Virus record (IMG/VR): IMGVR_UViG_2534681759_000007
Length of the DNA stretch: 20,997 nt
Reading direction: 5' to 3' (one strand)
Origin: a virus
Lineage: Duplodnaviria > Heunggongvirae > Uroviricota > Caudoviricetes
Part shown: one piece after another, positions 10,139 to 19,267 of the stretch
Numbering within the stretch: the first letter of the stretch is position 1
Layout of the letters: the number at the start of each line of letters is the position of its first letter
Made by a program: the position numbers and the translations under genes
The notes under the pieces: model-generated
What the model saw: only the letters and a program-made list of their open reading frames with translations
What the model was told of the DNA's origin: nothing
Databases searched by the model: none

Positions 10139-11068
10139 ATGGCAAACACTGCTGAGATATTCAATTTTCCAGTGCCGGATGTGGCACAAAAGGAGCCGCG
10201 CGTGGCAGATCTCGATGATGGTTATACGCGCATTGCAAATGAGTTGCTGGAAGCTGTGATGCTGGCCGGATTAACACAGCACCAGCTTCTGGTCTTCCTG
10301 GCTGTCATGCGCAAAACATATGGCTTTAATAAAAAACTGGATTGGGTGAGCAACGAGCAACTTTCCGAATTGACCGGGATATTGCCGCACAAGTGTTCTG
10401 CTGCAAAAAGCGTTCTGGTAAAGCGTGGGATTCTTATTCAGAGCGGGCGGAATACCGGCATTAATAATGTGGTCAGTGAATGGTCAACATTACCCGAATC
10501 AGGTAAGAAAAATAAAGTTTACCTGAAAGAGGTAAATTTACCTGAATCAGGTAAAAAAAGTTTACCCAAATCAGGTAAAGACGTTTACCCGAATCAGGTA
10601 AACACAAAAGACAAACTAACAAAAGACAATATAAAACCTTATTCGTCCGAGAATTCTGGCGAATCCTCTGACCAGCCAGAAAACGACCTTCCTGTGGTGA
10701 AACCGGATGCTGCGATTCAGAGCGGCAGCAAGTGGGGGACAGCAGAAGACCTGACCGCCGCAGAGTGGATGTTTGACATGGTGAAGACCATCGCGCCATC
10801 AGCCAGAAAACCGAATTTTGCAGGGTGGGCTAACGATATCCGCCTGATGCGTGAACGTGACGGACGTAACCACCGCGACATGTGCGTGCTGTTCCGCTGG
10901 GCATGCCAGGACAACTTCTGGTCCGGTAACGTGCTAAGTCCGGCCAAACTCCGCGACAAGTGGACCCAGCTCGAAATCAACCGTAACAAGCAACAGGCAG
11001 GCGTGACAGCCAGCAAACCAAAACTCGACCTGACAAACACAGACTGGATTTACGGGGTTGATCTATGA
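10139..11068 (+). CDS. O: Replication initiator O (lambda O family)
   Basis: Start chosen at MANTAEIFNFPV (ATG 10139, GGGAGG upstream), which aligns with the lambda O N-terminus MTNTAKILNF...VADLDDGY. An upstream in-frame ATG at 10049 overlaps the previous stop and is an alternative start. Contains iterons inside the coding sequence as in lambda O. Confidence 0.85.
   Translation: MANTAEIFNFPVPDVAQKEPRVADLDDGYTRIANELLEAVMLAGLTQHQLLVFLAVMRKTYGFNKKLDWVSNEQLSELTGILPHKCSAAKSVLVKRGILIQSGRNTGINNVVSEWSTLPESGKKNKVYLKEVNLPESGKKSLPKSGKDVYPNQVNTKDKLTKDNIKPYSSENSGESSDQPENDLPVVKPDAAIQSGSKWGTAEDLTAAEWMFDMVKTIAPSARKPNFAGWANDIRLMRERDGRNHRDMCVLFRWACQDNFWSGNVLSPAKLRDKWTQLEINRNKQQAGVTASKPKLDLTNTDWIYGVDL
10490..10602. 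repeat. Replication origin iterons (5 copies, one degenerate, about 23-bp spacing) inside the O gene
   Basis: Copies of TTTACC[C/T][G/A]AATCAGGTAAA at about 10490, 10518 (degenerate), 10538, 10560 and 10583, each internally palindromic (TACCTGA/TCAGGTA), followed by an A-rich stretch to about 10640. This is the lambda-type ori layout. Confidence 0.8.
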
Positions 11069-11787
11069 AAAACATCGCCGCACAGATGATTAACTTTGAC
11101 CGTGAGCAGATGCGTCGGATCGCCAACAACATGCCGGAACAGTACGACGAAAAGCCGCAGGTACAGCAGGTAGCGCAGATTATCAATGGTGTGTTCAGCC
11201 AGTTACTGGCAACTTTCCCGGCGAGCCTGGCTAACCGGGACCAGAACGAACTGAACGAAATCCGCCGCCAGTGGGTGCTGGCTTTCCGGGAAAACGGGAT
11301 CGCCACAATGGAACAGGTTAACGCAGGAATGCGCGTAGCCCGTCGGCAGAATCGACCATTTCTGCCATCACCCGGGCAGTTTGTTGCATGGTGCCGGGAA
11401 GAAGCATCCGTTACCGCCGGGCTGCCAAACGTCAGCGAGCTGGTTGATATGGTTTACGAGTATTGCCGGAAGCGTGGCCTGTATCCGGACGCAGAGTCTT
11501 ATCCATGGAAATCAAACGCGCACTACTGGTTGGTTACCAACCTGTACCAGAATATGCGGGCCAATGCGTTGACTGACTCGGAATTACGGCGCAAGGCTGC
11601 CGATGAACTTGCCCATATGACTGCGAGAATTAACCGTGGTGAAGCGATTCCCGAGCCAGTTAAACAGCTTCCGGTTATTGGTGGTAAGCCGCTATCCCGT
11701 ATACAAGGATTGGCAAAGTTGGCTGAGATTCGCGAGAAGCACGGACTGAGAAGACGTAAACAATTAACGGGAGTGAAGCTAACCTGA
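11065..11787 (+). CDS. P: Replication protein P (DnaB helicase loader, lambda P family)
   Basis: 240-aa ORF recognised as highly similar to lambda P (MKNIAAQM.NFDREQMRRIANNMPEQYDEKPQVQQVAQIINGVFSQLLATF...); the last ~20 residues differ from my recollection of lambda P. Start overlaps the O stop (ATGA). Confidence 0.92.
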   Translation: MKNIAAQMINFDREQMRRIANNMPEQYDEKPQVQQVAQIINGVFSQLLATFPASLANRDQNELNEIRRQWVLAFRENGIATMEQVNAGMRVARRQNRPFLPSPGQFVAWCREEASVTAGLPNVSELVDMVYEYCRKRGLYPDAESYPWKSNAHYWLVTNLYQNMRANALTDSELRRKAADELAHMTARINRGEAIPEPVKQLPVIGGKPLSRIQGLAKLAEIREKHGLRRRKQLTGVKLT

Positions 11788-12132
11788 ACTACCTTCAAGA
11801 CACATAAAACCTTTCCCCCAGAAAATATAGTTCATCCTGCGGCATCAACCAGACCGTAAACATTCTGACAAAGCAGGGCGATCTGGTCGATGTCAGCAAT
11901 ATCTAGCGAACGATTCACTACCGATTGGTAACCGAAGAGGAAATCTCTTGGCACAAAAGCACCAATCAGATTTTCGATGATGGCCCCCAAGCCCGGTGAT
12001 GACGCGAATTTTACTAGCCTACGAGAGGAACGGAGCATGAAGACAGCACCGAGCACAGTGTAACTATTCGATTTTTTTCTGTTTGATTTTTCGACATACT
12101 ACATTATATAGCTCGATATCCTTTCATTTTAC

Positions 12133-13326
12133 TTATTCAATTAACGGTACTTGTTTGTTGCAGAATACTAATATTGCATCTTGAGTAAGTTTTTTATGCA
12201 TATGCTTTAGCGGCTCAATGTTAGTCTCGTAACCGAAAGTAGCGAAAAGAGTTGGTTCTATAATGAAATTTTCTTCATAAGCTTTTAGATCAAATGCTCT
12301 CTTTGCAATTAATCTAACTGCTTTCTTTCTAATGCGTGAATTATATCTATTCTCTATGCTAAGTTTAGCCATGTTTTCATCGATGTTGTTTTTTTGTTTT
12401 TTTAGTATAATTTGAATGTGATCATCATCAATTTGGCCATCTCTATATATATAATCAATGTCATAATTAAAATCAAAAAGCTGAGTGTCATTTACACCTT
12501 CAAGAAAAGGATTTGAAAATGGGCTCATGATCGGATCGAGTGATTTTTTATAAGTACTATTGCATTTAGTGCAGCTAGGAATTAAGTTAAATAAACTAAA
12601 GGAGATCAACGGATATTTGTACTTAGGTATGAAATGATCAAATGCTGGCCTGTAGCTAGTACCTGTATGGTCTTCTACTTGTTCAATTTCTTCACTGTTG
12701 CAATATGGGCATATGCTAATGTCTAAAAAACTGTTCAATTGATACGCTGTTTCTCTATCAATAAGTGAGTATTTAAATATTTCAGAAATATTTTTAACCC
12801 ATGATGGAAATAACTTAATGGTATTTTCCTTTAAAGGACCACCATTCTTGATACTTATAAGATTAAGAATCTTATCTCTTAAACTAGATAATTTTTGTGG
12901 TGAGAAATGTGTATTTAATATATCCTCAAGTATTAGGCTTTGTGTAGTTTGAGAGAAAGATGTGATTATTTTGATGGCATGTGCTAGTTCATTATAAACT
13001 ATTTTTTTGTTTTCTTTTGTTTTTAAAGGTAATTGTAGGTTTGTTAATGGTTGTAAATTTAAGTGCCTTAAAAAATAATCAGGAGAATAGTACTCACACA
13101 CAATTGGGTGTTTGTTGTATATTTTGATGATTATATTTTTTAATCGTTTGGGTTTTGAAAAAACTAATTTTCTGATAGTTTTTTTGTTGATTGTATTTAG
13201 AAACTCTACTTCATCGGGAGTAATGTTCAGTAACTTCCTCTGCTTCACGCGTTTATTAACTTTGCTTACTATTTTAGAAAAGGATATTTTTACATCAACA
13301 TTGAAGTCTTTGTTTATTTTTATCAT
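12133..13326 (-). CDS. HNH-family nuclease (PtuB-like), 397 aa, second gene of the AT-rich two-gene island
   Basis: HNH/His-Me finger signature at residues ~206-256 (nt ~12559-12711): CPYC...EDH...FDHFIPK...NLIPSCTKCN. Protein is Lys/Asn/Ile-rich and the DNA is strongly AT-rich; start is 9 nt downstream of the ATPase stop. Confidence 0.8.
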   Translation of the reverse strand: MIKINKDFNVDVKISFSKIVSKVNKRVKQRKLLNITPDEVEFLNTINKKTIRKLVFSKPKRLKNIIIKIYNKHPIVCEYYSPDYFLRHLNLQPLTNLQLPLKTKENKKIVYNELAHAIKIITSFSQTTQSLILEDILNTHFSPQKLSSLRDKILNLISIKNGGPLKENTIKLFPSWVKNISEIFKYSLIDRETAYQLNSFLDISICPYCNSEEIEQVEDHTGTSYRPAFDHFIPKYKYPLISFSLFNLIPSCTKCNSTYKKSLDPIMSPFSNPFLEGVNDTQLFDFNYDIDYIYRDGQIDDDHIQIILKKQKNNIDENMAKLSIENRYNSRIRKKAVRLIAKRAFDLKAYEENFIIEPTLFATFGYETNIEPLKHMHKKLTQDAILVFCNKQVPLIE

Positions 13327-13335
13327 TTTTTTTAC

Positions 13336-15123
13336 TCATTTCTCAAAAGAATCTGTTTTATCATTGTTTTTGTTTAACTTCAGATCAATAAGATTTATGA
13401 GAAGTTTATTTTTAATTTGTGATAGTATGGTTTTTTGATGTTTATTTAAATTACCGTCATCTGAGTTTTTTATTATTGAGTTTAGATAATTATGTGCGTG
13501 CTGTCCTATTGTAGCATCAATAAAAAAACCATTTATATATAATTCTGATATGGTTGCTCCGAAACCAAACTCTACTTTCTTAGTATAGGTTCCTTGATTA
13601 TGATCTCTTTCAAGATATATTATATCTGATGGCAAAAAATCACTTGCGAGTATAGGGGAGTGAGTTGTAAATACTAATTGAATATTTTTACTTTGTTTAT
13701 ATCTTAATGTTAAATCTATAATTTCTGAAAAAATAACTCGTTGCCATTCAGGGTGTAGATATAAATCACACTCATCTAATAATATTATAATATTTTTGCT
13801 GTTGCTATGTTCTATAGAATCATAAAGTTGATTGAAAAGGTTTAATTTTGCAAACTCTCCTGAACTAAGTGAATCCCAACCATACTTAAATCGCGATGAT
13901 ACGCCATTTGGTAACCTATCAACTAATCTTATTAACTCCATAATCTGCTTTGGTTCTTCAACTGTGAAAGATAAACTATCAACTGGGTCTCTTGCTGTGT
14001 TTTCTAATATATCAGCTATATTACCTATAATGTCGGAGATATGTTCAGATAACATTTCTATTTTTGACTGAAATTTAACATTAACGTTAAATTCATCTAA
14101 AGTCTCTAATATAGTTTTTGCTGGATCTTTTTCTTCAAGATACGCGCGACACAAGCAAAATAAATAAACAGTCTCACATATGTCTTTAGGGATTTTTGAT
14201 GTCTTGAGTAAATGCCATGTTATTGCAGGCAAAAGCATCAAGTAAATTATTTTGTGATATGAAAAGGTTGCGAGGAAATTTAATGATCTTTCTTTGTTAA
14301 AAATAATGCTAATAATAAAATCTTCATCGTAATCTATCCCATGATTGAGTATATCCACAAGTGAAATACCTAAAGAATCTAAATCACGTTCAATATATCT
14401 AGGGAGTTTATTGTTTTTAATTCTATCATTCAACGTATCAAAAAAGTATTCAATAGCTCCAAAAAGTCCTTTGTCACCAATATCATTGTTTTTTATAATA
14501 GAATTTATTTTATATACTGGTGAGTTTTCTATTTCAAATTGAAATTTAGTATTAAGTCTTGATAAATTGTCTTTAGCCCATGAACTGTGGTCTGAAAATG
14601 AAATTAATTGCTTGAGTAATTTCTTATTGCGTGTTTTACTGCCTTGCAAAAAATATGACAGTGATAAATCTTTAGAAATCGAATCGTTTTTTTTCTTTTT
14701 TTGTCCAACTAACATACTTTTGAGGTCGATTGTGTTATTTATCTTTATTAGATTGATTTTGTTTCTTCTAAAAAAATGTTCATTATTATCAATTAGTTCC
14801 GTTTGCATTTTGGATAATATTACAGGAGGTTTGCAATTGCTTGTGATAATTATAAGTTTATCATTTTCATTCCAGATGCTATAACCGCTACCTTCAAAAT
14901 CGTAAATAAAGCTACTAATGAAATCTAAAATTGATGACTTTCCAACACCATTTTTCCCTAAAATTAATGTACAGGGAATATTGCTATAATAGTCACGACT
15001 TAAATCTTTCTTAGCAATTGTAAGGACGTTACCTTTATGGCTAAAGGTAAATTTACTTGAGGTGGGGAGGGACAGCTTATTTAAACCTTTATAATTGTGG
15101 ATATAAGTGTATATTAGTTCCAT
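13336..15123 (-). CDS. ABC/SMC-like ATPase (AAA_15/AAA_21-type, PtuA-like), 595 aa, first gene of the two-gene island
   Basis: Walker A GKNGVGKSS (nt ~14935-14961), signature-like LSSGE (13855-13869), Walker B IIILLDECD (~13765-13791) and H-loop FTTHSP (~13654-13671), with a ~350-aa helical insert between Walker A and the signature. Strongly AT-rich. Confidence 0.8.
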   Translation of the reverse strand: MELIYTYIHNYKGLNKLSLPTSSKFTFSHKGNVLTIAKKDLSRDYYSNIPCTLILGKNGVGKSSILDFISSFIYDFEGSGYSIWNENDKLIIITSNCKPPVILSKMQTELIDNNEHFFRRNKINLIKINNTIDLKSMLVGQKKKKNDSISKDLSLSYFLQGSKTRNKKLLKQLISFSDHSSWAKDNLSRLNTKFQFEIENSPVYKINSIIKNNDIGDKGLFGAIEYFFDTLNDRIKNNKLPRYIERDLDSLGISLVDILNHGIDYDEDFIISIIFNKERSLNFLATFSYHKIIYLMLLPAITWHLLKTSKIPKDICETVYLFCLCRAYLEEKDPAKTILETLDEFNVNVKFQSKIEMLSEHISDIIGNIADILENTARDPVDSLSFTVEEPKQIMELIRLVDRLPNGVSSRFKYGWDSLSSGEFAKLNLFNQLYDSIEHSNSKNIIILLDECDLYLHPEWQRVIFSEIIDLTLRYKQSKNIQLVFTTHSPILASDFLPSDIIYLERDHNQGTYTKKVEFGFGATISELYINGFFIDATIGQHAHNYLNSIIKNSDDGNLNKHQKTILSQIKNKLLINLIDLKLNKNNDKTDSFEK

Positions 15124-15547
15124 TATATAACCAATCTCTTAAATATGAAAAAACATAATGGGGTGATAGGCGTATTTGAAAAATACACGCTACCGCCACC
15201 TAGCGTTAAGCTGGGAGTGTTATTTTTATATTTTACCCCAAGTATTTGTTTTATGCAATTGTATCATCACATCTTTTGAAAGTTTGCTTTCTAAATGTAA
15301 TTGTAATTTTAAACGGGTTTAATTGTTTTAAAGTGTTTGGGTGATTTGTTTTTCGAGGTTGCCTTCATAAATTAAGAGATAAAAACGTTGTAATGTATTT
15401 TTATATGAGTGAGCTAATAAATGAAATCTTGATTGAAAATTATAGGTTGGCGGTTACTTAAATTTGATTTTCCAAAATCAGATCGTCATAATTATCGCAT
15501 CGGAGCCTGAACACCTCCGGTGACTTCTGCGCTAAACGGGGACGTTT

Positions 15548-15649
15548 ATGCGCACATACAATCTAAACTCTCTTCTCCCTTCACAGATGCAGAAATGCAC
15601 CTGCGATTCTTTGCATCCAACGTTTGACCTCTGCGGAGGTGAAGCGTGA
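15548..15649 (+). CDS. ylcH: Small DLP12-type protein YlcH-like (33 aa)
   Basis: My own translation: [33 protein letters not shown]; its stop overlaps the GTG start of the next gene. Assigned from memory of the DLP12 gene order, so moderate confidence. Confidence 0.45.
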   Translation: MRTYNLNSLLPSQMQKCTCDSLHPTFDLCGGEA

Positions 15650-16101
15650 ACCTCCCACAAGACGGCATCAAATTACATCGCGGTAACTTCACCACTATCG
15701 GTCAGCAGATCCAGCCTTATCTGGAGGACGGAAAATGCTTTCGCATGGTGCTTAAACCGTGGCGCGAGAGACGCAGTCTTTCCCAGAATGCACTCAGCCA
15801 CATGTGGTACAGCGAAATCAGCGAGTACCTCATCAGCAGGGGGAAAACGTTCGCTACTGCAGTATGGGTAAAAGATGCACTCAAACACACATACCTCGGT
15901 TATGAAACCAAGGACTTGGTTGATGTCGTAACCGGCGAAATCACTACTATCCAGTCGTTACGCCATACCTCCGATCTTGATACCGGAGAGATGTATGTCT
16001 TCCTGTGTAAGGTTGAAGCCTGGGCGATGAATATTGGCTGCCACCTGACTATTCCGCAGAGCTGCGAGTTCCAGCTGCTGCGCGACAAGCAGGAGGAGTA
16101 A
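15646..16101 (+). CDS. ybcN: YbcN/NinB-like nin-region DNA-binding protein
   Basis: 151-aa ORF, GTG start with GGAGG 9 nt upstream; sequence [15 protein letters not shown]...[12 protein letters not shown] recognised as DLP12 YbcN-like, with the S-x-x-QN-x-x-x-W motif shared with NinB. Confidence 0.8.
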   Translation: MNLPQDGIKLHRGNFTTIGQQIQPYLEDGKCFRMVLKPWRERRSLSQNALSHMWYSEISEYLISRGKTFATAVWVKDALKHTYLGYETKDLVDVVTGEITTIQSLRHTSDLDTGEMYVFLCKVEAWAMNIGCHLTIPQSCEFQLLRDKQEE

Positions 16102-16271
16102 TGGCTACACCGCTTATTCGTGTCATGAACGGGCACATTTACAGAGTACCAAATCGTCGTAAGCGTAAACCTGAGCTGAAGCCTTCCGAAATACCAACAC
16201 TGCTCGGATATACCGCCAGCTTGGTTGATAAAAAATGGTTGCGACTGGCAGCAAGGAGGAGTCATGGCTGA
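16101..16271 (+). CDS. ninE: NinE-family protein (56 aa)
   Basis: My own translation: [62 protein letters not shown] Shine-Dalgarno sequence; start overlaps the ybcN stop (TAATG) and its stop overlaps the ybcO start. Confidence 0.75.
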   Translation: MATPLIRVMNGHIYRVPNRRKRKPELKPSEIPTLLGYTASLVDKKWLRLAARRSHG

Positions 16272-16554
16272 TTTGAGAAAAGCAGCGCGTGGTCGGGAAT
16301 GCCAGGTAAGAATCCCTGGCGTATGTAATGGCAACCCTGAAACGTCTGTACTGGCACATATCCGGCTGGCTGGATTGTGCGGTACCGGTATCAAACCGCC
16401 AGACCTGATTGCCACCATTGCATGTTCTGCCTGCCACGACGAAATCGACCGCCGCACACATTTTGTCGATGCTGCATATGCAAAAGAATGCGCGCTGGAA
16501 GGTATGGCGAGAACACAGGTTATCTGGCTGAAAGAGGGGGTTATTAAGGCGTGA
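16264..16554 (+). CDS. ybcO: YbcO-like nin-region protein with a Cys/His metal-binding motif
   Basis: Start at [23 protein letters not shown]...[11 protein letters not shown] (96 aa); recognised as the DLP12 YbcO family. Confidence 0.8.
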   Translation: MADLRKAARGRECQVRIPGVCNGNPETSVLAHIRLAGLCGTGIKPPDLIATIACSACHDEIDRRTHFVDAAYAKECALEGMARTQVIWLKEGVIKA

Positions 16555-16913
16555 ATACCTACAGCATCACATTACCCTGGCCTCCGAGCAATAACCGCTA
16601 CTACCGGCATAATCGCGGGCGCACGCACATCAGCGCAGAAGGGCAGGCATACCGCGATAACGTCGCCCGAATCATTAAAAACGCAATGCTGGATATCGGC
16701 CTGGCTATGCCTGTGAAAATCCGCATTGAGTGCCACATGCCGGATCGCCGTCGCCGTGACCTGGATAATCTGCAAAAAGCCGCTTTTGACGCACTCACTA
16801 AAGCAGGTTTCTGGCTGGATGATGCTCAGGTCGTTGATTACCGCGTTGTGAAGATGCCTGTTACCAAAGGTGGGAGGCTGGAACTGACCATCACCGAACT
16901 GGGAGATGAATGA
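16551..16913 (+). CDS. rusA: Holliday-junction resolvase RusA
   Basis: 120-aa ORF recognised as near-identical to E. coli RusA ([26 protein letters not shown]...[25 protein letters not shown]). Confidence 0.95.
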   Translation: MNTYSITLPWPPSNNRYYRHNRGRTHISAEGQAYRDNVARIIKNAMLDIGLAMPVKIRIECHMPDRRRRDLDNLQKAAFDALTKAGFWLDDAQVVDYRVVKMPVTKGGRLELTITELGDE

Positions 16914-17050
16914 TGTTTGAGTCTTATATGGCAGAGCGTCTTCGCCGCCGCTGGGTGCGCCTGCGCTTATATCGTTTCCCCGGTTCTGTTTTGACCGATT
17001 ACCGAATACTGAAGAATTACGCCAAAACACTGACAGGAGCAGGAGTATGA
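16913..17050 (+). CDS. ylcG: YlcG-like small protein (45 aa)
   Basis: My own translation: [45 protein letters not shown]; its ATG overlaps the rusA stop (TGATG). Confidence 0.7.
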   Translation: MFESYMAERLRRRWVRLRLYRFPGSVLTDYRILKNYAKTLTGAGV

Positions 17051-17135
17051 AGTCAGAGATAACAATCAACTAATACTGTTTTGTTGATTTTTGCTTGTAA
17101 TTGGCGTTCTGGTCTGATTTTTGTGGAGTAAGTTG

Positions 17136-17519
17136 ATGCGTGATATTCAGATGGTTCTTGAGCGTTGGGGAGCGTGGGCGGCTAATAATCATGAAGATGT
17201 GACCTGGTCGTCCATTGCCGCCGGTTTTAAGGGATTAATTACTTCAAAAGTAAAATCTCGCCCGCAATGTTGTGACGATGACGCGATGATTATTTGCGGG
17301 TGCATGGCCCGTCTGAAAAAGAACAACAGCGATTTGCACGATTTATTAGTAGATTATTATGTAGTCGGTATGACATTCATGTCACTGGCAGGTAAGCATT
17401 GCTGCTCTGATGGTTATATCGGGAAAAGGTTACAGAAGGCTGAGGGCATAATTGAAGGGATGTTAATGGCATTAGATATCCGGTTAGAGATGGATATCGT
17501 TGTTAATAACTCTAATTAA
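17136..17519 (+). CDS. quuD: Late-gene antiterminator Q (DLP12 QuuD-like)
   Basis: 127 aa from the ATG at 17136 ([22 protein letters not shown]...), with Cys-rich segments ([18 protein letters not shown]). Lies downstream of rusA/ylcG and upstream of the lysis genes. Confidence 0.8.
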   Translation: MRDIQMVLERWGAWAANNHEDVTWSSIAAGFKGLITSKVKSRPQCCDDDAMIICGCMARLKKNNSDLHDLLVDYYVVGMTFMSLAGKHCCSDGYIGKRLQKAEGIIEGMLMALDIRLEMDIVVNNSN

Positions 17520-17708
17520 TATGCCAATTGTTTACTAAAAATTATTAAAAATGGGGCGTTGAGACGCCCCCAAAAATAAAGGGTAATATATAACAGAAGG
17601 TTTATATAGTTAGAAGCAAGGTTGTGCTCCTAAAGGAAGTGGCTTGAGGGAGCCACTTATATGTTGGGGAGGCAAAGCCTCCCGCAACATATCTTTTTCG
17701 TAATCAGA

Positions 17709-18806
17709 TTAGAACTGGTAAACCAGACCTACAGCAACGATGTCATCAGTGCTTACACCGAGTGCTTTAGTGAAGTCATTTTTGTCAAGCAGGTTGATTT
17801 TGTAATCAACGAAAGTTGACATATTTTTGTTGAAGTAATAGGTGGCACCTACATCAACATATTTGACTAAGTCCTGATCGCCCCATACTCCAAGATCCTT
17901 ACCTTTAGATTGCAGGTAAGCAACGGACGGACGCAGACCGAAATCGAACTGATATTGTGCAACAGCTTCGAAGTTTTGAGCTTTATTAGCAACGAAGTGA
18001 TCAGCAAATACAGTCATATTCTGGGTTTCAGAATAGGTAGTGGCCAGGTAAATGTTGTTAGCGTCATATTTCAGACCTGCGGCCCAAACTTCTGCATTTT
18101 TACCGGAAGCAAATACTTCAGGAAGAACTTTCCCTGCATTAACTTGAGTGTCGGTACGATCAGATTTCGCATAAGTTGCACCGATACCGAATCCTTCGTA
18201 TTCATAGGTAGCAGAGAAACCGAAGCCATCACCGTTACCTTCGGTGTAGTTATCGAAATCGCTACGATCGTTTTTGCCTTGGTACTGAGCAGCAAAGTTC
18301 AGACCATCAACCAGGCCAAAGAAGTCGTTGTTACGATAGGTTGCAACACCAGTGGTGCGACCAGTCATGAACACATCTGTTTGGGTCCAGGTATCGCCAC
18401 CGAATTCTGGCAGAACGTCAGTCCACGCACCGATGTCGTATGCTACACCGTAGTTACGGCCGTAATCGATGGAGCCGTAGTCACCGAATTTCAGGCCAGC
18501 GAAGGCAAGACGGGTTTTATCTTTGGAGGAACCTTGAGATTCAGCGCGGTTGCCTTTGAATTCATATTCCCACTGACCGAAACCAGTCAGTTGATCGTTG
18601 ATTTGGGTTTCACCTTTGAAGCCAAGACGGGCATAAGTAGTATCACCATCATCTGCATCATTAGAGGAGAAGTAGTGCTTAGCATTAACTTTCCCGTACA
18701 GATCCAGCTTGTTACTGTCTTTATTATAAATTTCAGCTGCCTGAGCAGACATCGCCATCAGTACTGATGCAGCTACAGCAGAAATTGCCACTGTTAATTT
18801 TTTCAT
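17709..18806 (-). CDS. nmpC: Outer-membrane general porin NmpC/OmpD-like, apparently intact
   Basis: Start at [23 protein letters not shown] (signal peptide) followed by [17 protein letters not shown]... and C-terminal ...VGLVYQF, i.e. hallmark porin N- and C-termini. Encoded antisense between Q and the lysis cassette. Confidence 0.9.
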   Translation of the reverse strand: MKKLTVAISAVAASVLMAMSAQAAEIYNKDSNKLDLYGKVNAKHYFSSNDADDGDTTYARLGFKGETQINDQLTGFGQWEYEFKGNRAESQGSSKDKTRLAFAGLKFGDYGSIDYGRNYGVAYDIGAWTDVLPEFGGDTWTQTDVFMTGRTTGVATYRNNDFFGLVDGLNFAAQYQGKNDRSDFDNYTEGNGDGFGFSATYEYEGFGIGATYAKSDRTDTQVNAGKVLPEVFASGKNAEVWAAGLKYDANNIYLATTYSETQNMTVFADHFVANKAQNFEAVAQYQFDFGLRPSVAYLQSKGKDLGVWGDQDLVKYVDVGATYYFNKNMSTFVDYKINLLDKNDFTKALGVSTDDIVAVGLVYQF

Positions 18807-19233
18807 CGTGAGCCCTTTTTTTGAACTATTATTAAAAAATGATGTCACTGCGCGATAAATATTCATCTAATCAATATGATTATTTCAAGATGTAAGTTTT
18901 GGTTTCTCGTTTGATTTGTGAAGTAGATCTCTATTTTTATCTGAACTTTTTTCTATCGAATCCTATTCATGGCTCTTGGCTGAATAAAAATAAATCTATT
19001 AGCCAATTTATATTAACGGTTGTTATTTATAAGTGCTCTATGATTTGAAGGTTCAATTTAAATCGGCTAAAAATAACACTGGAAATTATTTGTTGGTTAT
19101 TTGTTGAGATTTGCTTATGTATTTGTAGTGGTGTTTTCAATACTCGGTAGCATTCTCGCAAATATCATTTAGTGGTTTACGTACGTAAAAAATTGGTTAT
19201 GCTGTTAAGAGTGGTTACTTCGTCACACAGCTT

Positions 19234-19267
19234 AAACCCGCCGTCGAGCGGGTTTTTCCATTTTTTG
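19234..19267 (+). terminator. Intrinsic terminator upstream of the lysis cassette (tR'-like)
   Basis: GC-rich hairpin AAACCCGC-CGTCGA-GCGGGTTT followed immediately by a T-run (TTTTCCATTTTTT) on the plus strand, about 110 nt before the holin start. Confidence 0.6.

Noticed and set aside
10490-10602. Regularly spaced direct repeats that could superficially resemble a CRISPR array
   Set aside because: Only 4-5 copies, ~19 bp, internally palindromic, inside the O coding sequence and followed by an A-rich region. These are replication-origin iterons; no cas genes are present.
15124-15547. AT-rich 420-bp spacer upstream of the ATPase gene, examined for a third island gene or RNA
   Set aside because: No ORF of meaningful length and no obvious structured RNA. 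Most likely the promoter and regulatory region of the two-gene operon; specific promoter elements could not be assigned confidently by eye.
17910-18767. 285-aa plus-strand ORF (and other plus-strand ORFs such as 425-736, 4031-4507, 16572-17069 minus-strand)
   Set aside because: These lie entirely antisense to or overlapping well-supported genes (nmpC, int, bet, rusA) and have low-complexity or atypical composition; they are shadow ORFs.
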